Shown: piece after piece, positions 46,317 through 59,628 of the stretch
Position numbering within the stretch: position 1 is the first letter of the stretch
How the letters are laid out: each line of letters opens with the position of its first letter
Assembly (NCBI GenBank): GCA_963845535.1
Contig: CAWJSK010000001.1
Location: 37,396 to 101,395 of the forward strand
Reading direction: 5' to 3'
Source: an uncultured Spirochaetota bacterium
GTDB taxonomy: Bacteria > Spirochaetota > Spirochaetia > SZUA-6 > Fen-1364
DNA: 64,000 nucleotides
Program-made: the position numbers and the translations under genes
Notes under the pieces: model-generated
Database searches by the model: none
Told to the model about the DNA's origin: nothing
Seen by the model: the letters and a program-made list of their open reading frames with translations, nothing else

Positions 46317-47703
46317 TCATTTCGGCGCGCGGCCTTTGGCAGCCTTTCGCGGCCCGCGGCCTCGTCCCCTGCCCCGGCTGCCGGCCGTCTTCGACCCCGC
46401 CTTGCGTTGCACAAGGCGTATCTCGAGGCGCGTGCTCGCAACTTCGCGCAAGCGCCGCATGCCTTCGGATTCGTCAATACGCCGGGTGATGGCTTCCCCT
46501 CCCTCCACCACGGCGTCCCTGAACTTGCGCAGCGCCTCCGCCATGGTGACCTTTTTCTTCGGTTTCCTGTTTTTCACGAGGCTGTAGAGGAACCTGCAGA
46601 TCTCCTCCGCCCCGGCGTGCAGCTTCAGCTTATTGATGTTGCGCTGGTACTCGGAAATGATGTCGGGCCTGATCAGCGAGCTTCGCGAGGCGCGTGGCAA
46701 GCTGACTTGGCGTGCGCGTGAGCCATCCGACCCGGTTGCCGATGACCCAGTTCGTGGTCTCCTTCTCATTCGCGAGGAAGCTCGAGATGATGAGGGGCCT
46801 GCCTTGGACGAGGGTCTCGAACACCTGGTTGGGCCCGGATTTTCCCACCACGACGTCCGCAGCGGCAATGAAGTCCGCAAGGTTGTTCACGTATCCCTGG
46901 ACCGCAATGCGCACGGGGCCTGTCGGGCCCGCCGCAAGAACCTCCAGGTCCCTCAGCAGCCGCACGTTCTTTCCGCAGACCACGACCACCTGGAGGGAGA
47001 GCTTCCGCTCGATGAGAATTGCTATGTACTTCTTGACGGGCCCCACCCCTTCGGCTCCGAAAAAGAAAAGAGCCGTGAAGGGTTTCGTCTCGAGCTTGAG
47101 CCTTCGTCTGAGTGTCGCCTTGCTTTCCTTTCGGCGGGCGAAGGACGGTTTGATGGGGAACTGGAACTCCTTCAGCCTGCTCGCCAGAATCCCTTTCTGG
47201 GCAATCTCCTCACGCGATTTTCGGGAGAACACGAGGCTCCAGTCGAAGTTGGGCGAAAACCAGATGTAGTGCGAATCGAAAGGTTCGGGGTTCAGCACCA
47301 CCGCGATGGCATCGAGCTGGCCAACCGTCTTGAGGAGCTCCAGGTAGTGCGTGAAAGTGAAATAGGTGGAGACGACAAGATCCGGCTTCTCATGCTCCAG
47401 GTACTGGACGAAACGCGGAAGGATGGTGATCCCCAGGATCCGGTCGATGATCTTGACCATGAACGGGTTGTCAGCGCCGCGGTAGAACGCGTTGATGAGC
47501 GGGGGATAGCGCAGCGCGCTGTTCCAGTAGAATCGATATATGTAGCGGAGAAAATTGGCTCCCAAAGCCAGCCCAAGGTTCACAACGTGGACTTCGAGGT
47601 CCTTGTACCCCAGGAGGTCGAACTGCTCTTTTATCGCCATGGCCGGGGCGATATGCCCGCCCCCGATGTCAATGGTGTACAGATCGATACGCTTCATCGC
47701 CAT
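46317..47703 (-). pseudogene. MGDG-synthase-like glycosyltransferase (GT28 family), reading frame broken near the C-terminus
   Basis: 46630..47703 gives MAMKRIDLYTIDIGGGHIAPAMAIKE... and GKSGPNQVFETLVQGRPLII. After ...QLATRLAKLA that frame decays (DQARHHFRVPAQHQ*), whereas the frame of ORF 46317..46880 continues plausibly (LIRPDIISEYQRNINKLKLHAGAEEICRFLYSL). That frame then stays open through a basic tail down to 46317. Confidence 0.65.
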
Positions 47704-47838
47704 GCGGCCAAAAGCTTAGCCCCCGTGCCGAAAACATGTCAACGTTCAATTTGGAAGCATAGGCGGCCGATGCGCTACGCCTCTCTTGCCGCCGGCCTCC
47801 TGCGCTCGGACTTCCCTGTCCCCTCCTTGTCCGCTCAC

Positions 47839-47869
47839 TTGACGAGGGGACGCTTTTTCCCGATAGTAT
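47839..47869 (+). promoter_or_regulatory. candidate promoter of the thrS leader (TTGACG, then GATAGT at 17 nt or TAGTAT at 19 nt)
   Basis: Hexamers read directly from the sequence, about 350 nt upstream of thrS. Confidence 0.35.
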
Positions 47870-47874
47870 CGAAA

Positions 47875-48211
47875 AGGCTTTGACGGAGACGAGTAAGCGG
47901 AAGCTCCGGTCGGCAGAGAGGGCGCCCTATGGCTGAAAGGCGCTTGGCCGTCTGCTGCTGAAAACCCCTCCCGAGCCGCGTTCCCAAAGACCCGGGTAGC
48001 CGGGCTCGAGTAGGATCCGCCGGATGACCCCGTGAAAGGTCGAAGAGAGGCCCGCGCTTCCATAGCGCAGTTTTGCAGCGTTATGACAGCGCCGGCAATC
48101 AAGGTGGAACCGCGGAGAGCCCCTTGCGGCTTTTCGTCCTTGGCGACGCGGACGGATGTCCACGCCAGACTATGGACGAGGCAGCCGTGAGGGGCTTCGT
48201 TTTTTCGGAGG
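47875..48211 (+). promoter_or_regulatory. T-box leader RNA (threonine-specific) upstream of thrS
   Basis: The T-box core AATCAAGGTGGAACCGCG at 48097-48114 matches the remembered consensus AAnnnGGGUGGUACCGCG. Stem I-like elements are GAGTA (47891-47895), an AGAGA bulge (47915-47919), an apical helix GGGCGCC/GGCGCTT, and GAAAACCCC (47960-47968) carrying an ACC Thr codon. A T6 run (48200-48205) lies just before the SD. Confidence 0.65.
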
Positions 48212-48217
48212 CAGAGC

Positions 48218-49960
48218 ATGCAGGACGTTCGACAGGACCATTTGTTCAGGGTGCGCCACTCGTTTTCCCACGTGATGGCGGAGGCAGTGCGTGAGCTTTT
48301 TCCTGACGCAAAGCTCGCTATTGGGCCGGCCATCGATGACGGCTTCTACTACGATTTCGACCTCCCCCGCGCGCTTACCGGGGAGGACCTCGCTGTCCTG
48401 GAAGAGAAGATGCGGGCCATCGTGGCCGGCAAGCACCCTTTCACGAAGAAGGTGATCTCCCGCGCGGAGGCCAGGAAGCTTTTCGGCGGGCAGCCATACA
48501 AGCTCGAGCTCATTGAGGAGCTTCCCGAAGGGGAGGAGATCTCCACCTATACGCAGGACACTTTCACGGACCTCTGCCGGGGTCCTCACGTGGAGAATAC
48601 CACTGAACTGCGGCCGGACGCCTTCAAGCTCACGACGATTGCCGGCGCTTACTGGCGCGGGGATGAGAAGAACAAGATGCTGCAGCGCATCTACGGCACG
48701 GCGTGGGATTCGAAGGCGGAGCTGGCCGAGCATCTGAAAAAGCTGGAAGAGATCGAGAAGAGGGACCACCGGCGGCTGGGTCGGGAGCTGGATCTCTTCT
48801 CCGTGCATGAAGAAGCCGGCGCGGGTCTCATCTACTGGCACCCCAAGGGCGCGCGGGTGCGCCTTGCAATAGAAGATTTCTGGCGCAGCGAACATTTGAA
48901 AAACGGCTATGAGCTTCTCTATACGCCGCACATCGGCAAGTCATGGCTCTGGGAGACGTCGGGGCACCTCGGGTTCTACAAGCAGAACATGTACGCGCCG
49001 CTTTCCATAGACGACGTTGACTACTACATCAAGCCGATGAACTGTCCGTTCCACCTCATGATCTACAAGAACCAGCAACGGTCGTACCGCGACCTTCCGC
49101 TGCGGTGGGCTGAGCTGGGAACGGTGTACCGCTACGAGCGCTCCGGCGTGCTGCATGGTCTTCTTCGCGTTCGGGGATTCACCCAGGATGATGCGCACAT
49201 CATCTGCACCCCCGAGCAGATCGATGATGAGATCCTGGAAGTGCTCAGGTTCTCTCTCAAGATCTGGAAGGCGTTCGGCTTCACCGACATCAAGGCGTAC
49301 CTTGCCACAAAGCCCGCTGACGGGATTGGTGACGACGCGACGTGGGAAAAAGCCATCGCCGTCCTGAAGCGTGCCGCTGAGAAGGAGAACCTCGACGTCG
49401 TGATGGACGAAGGGGGAGGGGCGTTTTACGGCCCCAAGATCGACCTCAAGATCAAGGATGCTCTGGGCCGCGAGTGGCAGATGACGACGATCCAGTTCGA
49501 CTGGAACGAGCCGGAACGGTTCGGGATCACCTACGTTGCCTCGGACAACACGCAGAAACGGCCGTTCATGGTCCATAGGGCGCTCCTTGGCTCGCTGGAG
49601 AGGTTCTTCGGCGTGCTGGTGGAGCATTACGGCGGCGCGTTCCCGGCATGGCTTGCTCCGGTGCAGGTCATGGCAATTCCGGTGGCGCCCGGGTTCGCCC
49701 CGTACGCCCAGGAGGTGGTGAAGACGCTTCAGAGGCACGGAGTGCGGGCTGAGGTGGACGCGGGTGACGAGCGGATGAACGCAAAGATCCGCAAGGCCCA
49801 GAACCAGAAGATACCGTTCATGCTCATCCTCGGAGAGAAGGAGCAGACGGGAAAGGCCGTTTCCGTGCGCGCCCGCTCGGGAGAGCAGAAGAACCTGATT
49901 CCTCTTGCGGACTTCCTTGCCCAGATCATTGAAGAGGTAAAGCCGAAAACCCTGGATTAG
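48218..49960 (+). CDS. thrS: threonine--tRNA ligase (short form without N-terminal TGS domain)
   Basis: Editing-domain motif RHSFSHVMAEAV, AGAYWRGDEKNKMLQRIYG, and class II motifs FYKQNMY, YRYERSG and GGGAFYGPKID. At 580 aa it starts at the N2 editing domain. Confidence 0.95.
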   Translation: MQDVRQDHLFRVRHSFSHVMAEAVRELFPDAKLAIGPAIDDGFYYDFDLPRALTGEDLAVLEEKMRAIVAGKHPFTKKVISRAEARKLFGGQPYKLELIEELPEGEEISTYTQDTFTDLCRGPHVENTTELRPDAFKLTTIAGAYWRGDEKNKMLQRIYGTAWDSKAELAEHLKKLEEIEKRDHRRLGRELDLFSVHEEAGAGLIYWHPKGARVRLAIEDFWRSEHLKNGYELLYTPHIGKSWLWETSGHLGFYKQNMYAPLSIDDVDYYIKPMNCPFHLMIYKNQQRSYRDLPLRWAELGTVYRYERSGVLHGLLRVRGFTQDDAHIICTPEQIDDEILEVLRFSLKIWKAFGFTDIKAYLATKPADGIGDDATWEKAIAVLKRAAEKENLDVVMDEGGGAFYGPKIDLKIKDALGREWQMTTIQFDWNEPERFGITYVASDNTQKRPFMVHRALLGSLERFFGVLVEHYGGAFPAWLAPVQVMAIPVAPGFAPYAQEVVKTLQRHGVRAEVDAGDERMNAKIRKAQNQKIPFMLILGEKEQTGKAVSVRARSGEQKNLIPLADFLAQIIEEVKPKTLD

Positions 49961-49976
49961 GATCCTCGGGAGGGGA

Positions 49977-51308
49977 ATGGCCGACATGATCATCAAACGG
50001 GACGGCCGTGCCGTCCCGTTCGACAAGGAAAAGATCACCTCCGCCGTCTACCGCGCGGCCGTCGCCTGCGGCGGAAAGGACAGGAAGGAGTCTGAACGAA
50101 TCACGGAGAACGTGCTGGCCATGCTTTCTGCCCGCCGGGAGGCGCGCACCTTCCCCACGGTGGAGGAAGTCCAGGACCTCGTGGAGAAGGCGCTCATCGA
50201 GCGCGGACACGCCCGAACGGCCAAAGCCTACATCGTTTACCGCTATGAGCACGCCCTCAAGCGCGCGGGACGAGAAAGCCTCACGTACTCGTCGGAGAAC
50301 ATCCCCTACCGCAAGCTTTGGGAGGCGCTGAGCTGGGCAATCGATCAGGGGTGCGTGAGCCTGTCCGAGCTTTCCGCGCTGATCGACGCTGGCAGGTACC
50401 GCGACCTGGTGGGAGCCTCCGACGCGTTTTATGAGCGTGAGCTTGCCTATGCCGCTCAGAGGATCCTGGATCGACGGGAGGAGCTTCGCGTTGTCATCAT
50501 TGCAGGCCCATCCTCCTCGGGGAAAACAACCACGACAATCAGTATCCGGGAGAAGCTGGCCGCCGCGGGGATCGCAACCGTCCCCCTGACGGTAGACAAC
50601 TACTTCTTCGACCTGGAAGACCACCCGAAGATCGGCGGGGATGACTACGATTTCGAGACCCCCCAAGCCCTCGACCTCGCGTTGATCGACGCCCACGTGG
50701 GCGCGCTCGTGGCCGGGGAGCCAGTGGAGGTGCCGCTGTACAACTTCAAGACCGGCCGGCGGGAGGGGACATCCGGGGTTCTTCGCCTGGGAGGGAATGA
50801 GATCCTCCTCATCGATTCGCTGCACGGTCTTTTCCCCGAGATGACACGGGGCGTCGGGGAGGAAAAGAAGTTCCGGCTGTACACCGAGACGCTTTCCCAG
50901 GTCAGGGATCGGGAGGGCCGCTATGTGCGGTGGGCGGACGTGCGAATGCTCCGCAGGGTCGTGCGGGATTCCCAGTTTCGCAATTACACCCATTGGCAGA
51001 CCGTCCGTCACTGGCACCTCGTGCGCCGCGCCGAGCTGCGCTACATCGTTCCGCAGCTTCGCAGGGCCCACGTGATCGTCAACAGTTATCTTCCCTATGA
51101 ATTGCCGATCATGAAAGCGAGGGTCGGTCCGAGCCTTCCCGCGCTCATCGAGGAGTTCTCGAAGGACCCCGCGCGGCAGGACGCCCATGAGCGCGCCGTC
51201 CGGGTGAAGGCGCTTTTCGACCAGATCCCCGCGGTGGAAGATGAAAGCCTGGTTCCGCCGAGCTCGCTTCTGCGCGAGTTCATAGGCGGAAGCATTCTCC
51301 CGTACTGA
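49977..51308 (+). CDS. ATP-cone domain fused to a uridine-kinase/PRK-like P-loop kinase
   Basis: MIIKRDGRAVPFDKEKITSAVYRA is an ATP-cone sequence. IIAGPSSSGKTTT is a P-loop, followed by DNYF and IDSLHG as in the Udk/PRK family. The start may be the ATG at 49986. Confidence 0.78.
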   Translation: MADMIIKRDGRAVPFDKEKITSAVYRAAVACGGKDRKESERITENVLAMLSARREARTFPTVEEVQDLVEKALIERGHARTAKAYIVYRYEHALKRAGRESLTYSSENIPYRKLWEALSWAIDQGCVSLSELSALIDAGRYRDLVGASDAFYERELAYAAQRILDRREELRVVIIAGPSSSGKTTTTISIREKLAAAGIATVPLTVDNYFFDLEDHPKIGGDDYDFETPQALDLALIDAHVGALVAGEPVEVPLYNFKTGRREGTSGVLRLGGNEILLIDSLHGLFPEMTRGVGEEKKFRLYTETLSQVRDREGRYVRWADVRMLRRVVRDSQFRNYTHWQTVRHWHLVRRAELRYIVPQLRRAHVIVNSYLPYELPIMKARVGPSLPALIEEFSKDPARQDAHERAVRVKALFDQIPAVEDESLVPPSSLLREFIGGSILPY

Positions 51309-51311
51309 TTC

Positions 51312-52157
51312 GTGGCCATGGTTGCACCACCTGGGATGAATACGATATTGACGAGCCCCGTGCTTTGGCTCGCTCTGGCCGGCATTTTTGCCGGCGCCGC
51401 GGTCAGCCGCGCGAGCGTCCGCACGCGGCATCGCCGAAACCCCGAGCGCGCTCGTACGGTGAAATGGGTGCTGTTCTGCATCTACCTCTCCGTGGGGATT
51501 ATTCTGGCCGTAGTCGCCGTCTTCGTTTCCGGGCCTGGTGGAATTGCGGACCCGAGGCTCGGCATTGCCGCCGGAATCGCGGCGGCGCTCTCCTTCGGCG
51601 CCACGAGATTCAAGAAAGCGCTGGGAATCCCGGTCCTCGTCCTCATCATTGCCTGCGCGGTGCTCGTTGGGCTCTTTCTTCAGAGCATCAAGGCTTTCAC
51701 GGGTGAGACGGTCATTGCCGCGGTGCGCGTGATCAGCGCGGACGGCGGCTCGATGCGGCTGGAGCTGATTCCCCGTGACGCCGAACCGGTTCTTCTCACT
51801 CTGGAAGGGGATTATTTCGCGCCCATCGTGAAGGTCGTGATCTTCGACGACATGCTGGTCTTTTTGGGCGCGAAAACGTGGTACCGGTTCGAGGGAATGA
51901 CGTCATTCAGGCTCATCAAGGATGATACGGGGTACCGGTTCCGCCAGGGTTCGACGGATTTCTATTTTCATCACGCTCCCGGGATTTCGGAGGATCTGTG
52001 GCACTTTTTCGAGGCAAACGAAAAAGGGATTCCAGGGGTGAAGACCGCGCAAGTGGAAATGGACCTGAAGAGACCGGATGCGCAAGCCCGCGAGTTCGCC
52101 ACGTATGACATCGTGGTTCGCAACAACGGGGGCGTCGAGATCATCCCTCGCTCATGA
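51312..52157 (+). CDS. hypothetical membrane protein (four predicted TM segments and a C-terminal soluble domain)
   Basis: Hydrophobic N-terminal half, then a soluble half (VRVISADGGSMRLELIPRD...YRFEGMTSFRLIKDD...). No family recognised. Confidence 0.5.
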   Translation: MAMVAPPGMNTILTSPVLWLALAGIFAGAAVSRASVRTRHRRNPERARTVKWVLFCIYLSVGIILAVVAVFVSGPGGIADPRLGIAAGIAAALSFGATRFKKALGIPVLVLIIACAVLVGLFLQSIKAFTGETVIAAVRVISADGGSMRLELIPRDAEPVLLTLEGDYFAPIVKVVIFDDMLVFLGAKTWYRFEGMTSFRLIKDDTGYRFRQGSTDFYFHHAPGISEDLWHFFEANEKGIPGVKTAQVEMDLKRPDAQAREFATYDIVVRNNGGVEIIPRS

Positions 52158-53015
52158 AGCGCCTTTGGCCCTGCCGCCCCGTGTGCGGCCGCCGCCGGCG
52201 CTGCTCTGCGTTCTGCCCGTGTCTTTCGGCCTTGGCGGGACCTCCGCGAACCTCCGCCTGAGATAGATCCCCTTGTCGGCCACGGAGGCGACGATAATCG
52301 CGGCAACCACCCATTCAATGACGGTGACCACCAGGCGGTCGCCAATCACAGGGACCCGGAAAAGCTGGGCAAGCTCCAGGACGTAGAGCACCATGGTGGC
52401 GAATATGGACGCCTTCCCGAGGAACGTGGCCACCGGATTCGCTTTCCCTTCGCGGAGAGCCAGCATGGCCATGCCGAATGCGAACAGGACGAGCCGCGCG
52501 ACGATCAGGACGAAGAACCAGGTCGGGATGAGGCTGTAATAGAGGAAGATGATCGACACGGCGACGATCATCAGGTAGTCACTCGTGGAATCCAGATACC
52601 GTCCCACAAACGTCACCTGGTGCCTCCTCCGCGCCACGATCCCGTCCGCGAAATCCGTCGCGAAAACGAGGCAGGCGAAAGGCAGGAGGATGGGCACAAG
52701 GAAGAAGGAAGAGGCCTGGACGATGAGGAACAGGAGCGTGGGGATGGAGCTCAATCGCGCGAAGGTGAGCGAGTTCGAGAGGTTCACCCGGGGAAGCGGA
52801 GCCTCCATGCCCTCGACGTGGAAGTCCGTCTTGCGGGACAGGAGGAACGCCGTCAGGGACCCATGGTAGAGGAGCATGATTGCCAGGTACAGGAAGAACC
52901 TCGGCCATGCCATGCGATACGAGGCGAAGACGATCGTGAGCAGAGTGATTTGGCCGGCGCAGAAGATGACTCCGTGAAGGACGATGCTTCGCTCGAGGGT
53001 CCTGCTGTCTGGCAC
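52152..53015 (-). CDS. CDP-alcohol phosphatidyltransferase family protein
   Basis: DFADGIVARRRHQVTFVGRYLDSTSDYL matches D-x2-DG-x2-AR-x8-G-x3-D-x3-D. GTG start in the track, uncertain. Confidence 0.8.
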   Translation of the reverse strand: MPDSRTLERSIVLHGVIFCAGQITLLTIVFASYRMAWPRFFLYLAIMLLYHGSLTAFLLSRKTDFHVEGMEAPLPRVNLSNSLTFARLSSIPTLLFLIVQASSFFLVPILLPFACLVFATDFADGIVARRRHQVTFVGRYLDSTSDYLMIVAVSIIFLYYSLIPTWFFVLIVARLVLFAFGMAMLALREGKANPVATFLGKASIFATMVLYVLELAQLFRVPVIGDRLVVTVIEWVVAAIIVASVADKGIYLRRRFAEVPPRPKDTGRTQSSAGGGRTRGGRAKGAS

Positions 53016-53053
53016 ACCGCGAATCTATGGGGCTTGTCGCCTCCTGTCAAGTG

Positions 53054-53144
53054 AACCGAAAGATTATGCCAACCGAAAGATCGGCGAAAGCGGTGCACGG
53101 CGAAAGCGGTGCACGGCGGATGCGGTGCAGCGGATGCGGTGCAG
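53054..53144. repeat. array of short tandem direct repeats (2 x 11 bp, 2 x 16 bp, 2 x 14 bp; four copies of the core GCGGTGCA)
   Basis: AACCGAAAGAT at 53054 and 53071. CGAAAGCGGTGCACGG at 53085 and 53101. CGGATGCGGTGCAG at 53117 and 53131. The array ends directly against TTGACG. Confidence 0.85.
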
Positions 53145-53172
53145 TTGACGAAAGGCCGTGGCGCACTATGAT
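53145..53172 (+). promoter_or_regulatory. candidate promoter, TTGACG-16 nt-TATGAT, 7 nt before the pgsA ATG
   Basis: Read directly from the sequence. It implies a leaderless or near-leaderless pgsA mRNA if the ATG at 53179 is used. Confidence 0.4.
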
Positions 53173-53178
53173 GCAGCC

Positions 53179-53754
53179 ATGACTCTGCCCATGACCCTTA
53201 CTGTGGGACGGATCGTCCTGGCGCCTCTGTTGTTCCTTCTTTTTCGGCTTTCCTCAGCCGGCAGGCTGGGGCTGGTCATCGCGGTCTGGGTGGTTTTCCT
53301 TGTGATCGAGGCCTCAGACCTTCTGGACGGCCACCTGGCGCGCCTGTGGCATCAGGAGTCGGAATTGGGTAAAGTCCTTGATCCGCTCGCTGATACCTTG
53401 TGCAGGCTGACGTACTTCATCCTTCTTGCGGCGGCCGGCATTCTCCCCCTGTGGATGCTCCTTGTTTTCATGTATCGGGACTTCGCCGTTGCCTACATCA
53501 GGGTCCTGGTGTCGCGGCAAGGCGTGATGCTGGCGGCAAGGATCACCGGGAAGCTCAAGGCGTGGACCTATGCAATTGCCGCAGGTGGAGGTTTTATGGT
53601 CTTTTCTCTCAGGACGCTGGGGGCGCCTTCCGAGTGGGTTGGGGGTTTCCGCTGGCTGTCCTTAGGGCTTTTTGTTATCGCCGTTGGCGTTGCCGTCTGG
53701 TCTTTCACCGATTACGCCGTGTTTTTTATGAAGAATTTCAGGAAAACTAGTTGA
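53179..53754 (+). CDS. pgsA: CDP-diacylglycerol--glycerol-3-phosphate 3-phosphatidyltransferase
   Basis: MTLPMTLTVGRIVLAPLLF... and DLLDGHLARLWHQESELGKVLDPLADTL (CDP-alcohol motif). The track ORF begins at GTG 53158. Confidence 0.82.
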   Translation: MTLPMTLTVGRIVLAPLLFLLFRLSSAGRLGLVIAVWVVFLVIEASDLLDGHLARLWHQESELGKVLDPLADTLCRLTYFILLAAAGILPLWMLLVFMYRDFAVAYIRVLVSRQGVMLAARITGKLKAWTYAIAAGGGFMVFSLRTLGAPSEWVGGFRWLSLGLFVIAVGVAVWSFTDYAVFFMKNFRKTS

Positions 53755-53780
53755 CATATTTGCGGGTGAGTTGATATATT
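53751..53780 (+). promoter_or_regulatory. candidate rRNA operon promoter, TTGACA-18 nt-TATATT
   Basis: Consensus -35 overlapping the pgsA stop, about 310 nt upstream of the 16S. Confidence 0.5.
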
Positions 53781-53942
53781 CTCATCTGCCTCAAGGGTAG
53801 TACTAACCTCTGATCAAGTTCTGAGGGGGAAAGTATCGTCTCTGGGGCAACGTGCGTGAGGAGGCCAAGCGGCCTCCGGAACGCAAAAACTCGTGGGAAA
53901 CCGCGGGGCAGTCGACAAGCACTTCGTGCTTATCGACCTACG

Positions 53943-53953
53943 GATCTTTGACA
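53943..53953 (+). promoter_or_regulatory. boxA-like antitermination motif GATCTTTGACA (16S leader)
   Basis: The same 11-mer, followed by TTAGGGAAGG-like sequence, recurs before the 23S. It resembles the E. coli boxA GCTCTTTAACAA. Confidence 0.4.
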
Positions 53954-54090
53954 GTTAAGGGAAGGGGAGAAAGAGGTCAGCAACTCTCGTGCTTTCGGGC
54001 ATGGGAGATGTGAGAGCGGGTCAAGCACGTGCTTAGGCATGTGTGAAATAGATGGATAAAAGACGCTCCCGCAAGGGAGTGTTGTATATC

Positions 54091-55637
<1,547 letters not shown>

Positions 55638-55771
55638 GAGATAGCGATTTCGCTCACGCGAAATCGCGGAACTGATCGCTCTCCCTCTACTCTCCTCCCT
55701 TTTCTGCATATACGCCGGATACTTTTAGTTTTCGGCTCTTAAGCCGTCTACACTGGGCGGTTGCAAAGCAC

Positions 55772-55844
55772 GGGGGTATAGCTCAGTGGCTAGAGCGGTG
55801 GCTTTGCAAGCCATAGGTCTGGGGTTCAAGTCCCCATACCTCCA
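55772..55844 (+). tRNA. tRNA-Ala (anticodon UGC)
   Basis: My manual cloverleaf has acceptor GGGGGTA/TACCTCC with the G3:U70 alanine identity pair. The anticodon loop is TTTGCAA and the T-loop is GGTTCAAGTCC. CCA is not encoded. Confidence 0.95.
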
Positions 55845-55903
55845 GGCGGACGAGTGCTGCTGAAAGCAGCACAGGGTCGACAACCTTCGCCTTATCACCT
55901 AGG

Positions 55904-55914
55904 GATCTTTGACA
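55904..55914 (+). promoter_or_regulatory. boxA-like motif GATCTTTGACA (16S-23S spacer)
   Basis: Second copy of the motif found at 53943. Confidence 0.4.
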
Positions 55915-56108
55915 ACATTAGGGAAGGAAGAACGAAGAGGCGCGTAGTCTGTCCATGTGGCACCGGAAAGACGAAGCGCGAGCGAGCGGGGAGGTCTGCC
56001 TGAGGACTGAGCCGCGAGCGAACATGTCTGCGCAGGACGGACCTCACACCTGCCGCGATACCGCACTAGGCGCTCGCTTGCCATATCGTTCGCGATAAGG
56101 GAAAATAT

Positions 56109-59111
<3,003 letters not shown>

Positions 59112-59291
59112 ATTTTCCCCTCCACTTCGCTATTCGCGAAGTGGGGAGGGCTTTGAGCGTGACGCCTAGCGCAGTACTCTGCGCGGAGTCCAGCGCTCGA
59201 AGCCCAAAACGCTAATCGCTTTTCCTCTTCGTTCTTCCCACCGTCTCCCCCCTGTGTGGGGTTGGTGGGGTTCTTTCCCTAAGTGAAGTTT

Positions 59292-59406
<115 letters not shown>

Positions 59407-59429
59407 TTTTTTTTGCCTCAAAACGACCG

Positions 59430-59628
59430 CACCTTGTTGGATAATCCGGAGCAGGGACGGACTTATCGAGACGTTTCTATTCTGTGGACGGGCCGCGTCA
59501 ACTTCAAGATTGTCCGCGACAGGTTAGCCTCCGTCGCCCCTGCTGGCGAAGCTTTTCAGTTCAGGCGCGAGTTCGAGATGTACCAGGAGGAGGCAAAGGC
59601 GAAGCACCGGGGGATCTGGGGAAGATAG
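59430..59628 (+). pseudogene. 3' remnant of a thermonuclease (SNase-like) gene
   Basis: ...GRTYRDVSILWTGRVNFKIVRDRLASVAPAGEAFQFRREFEMYQEEAKAKHRGIWG follows the C-terminal SNase pattern (YGR..., vN..Lv..GlA.v, ...eAk..k.GiW). There is no N-terminal half, because the ORF runs into the 5S gene. Confidence 0.4.

Noticed and set aside
48027-48029. A second ACC triplet (in GGATGACCCCGTGAAAGG) as the T-box specifier.
   Set aside because: It lies downstream of the region that folds as Stem I, and only 15 nt after an AGTA. The position is more consistent with the Stem II / IIA-B region, and the ACC at 47964-47966 fits the glyQS-like layout better.
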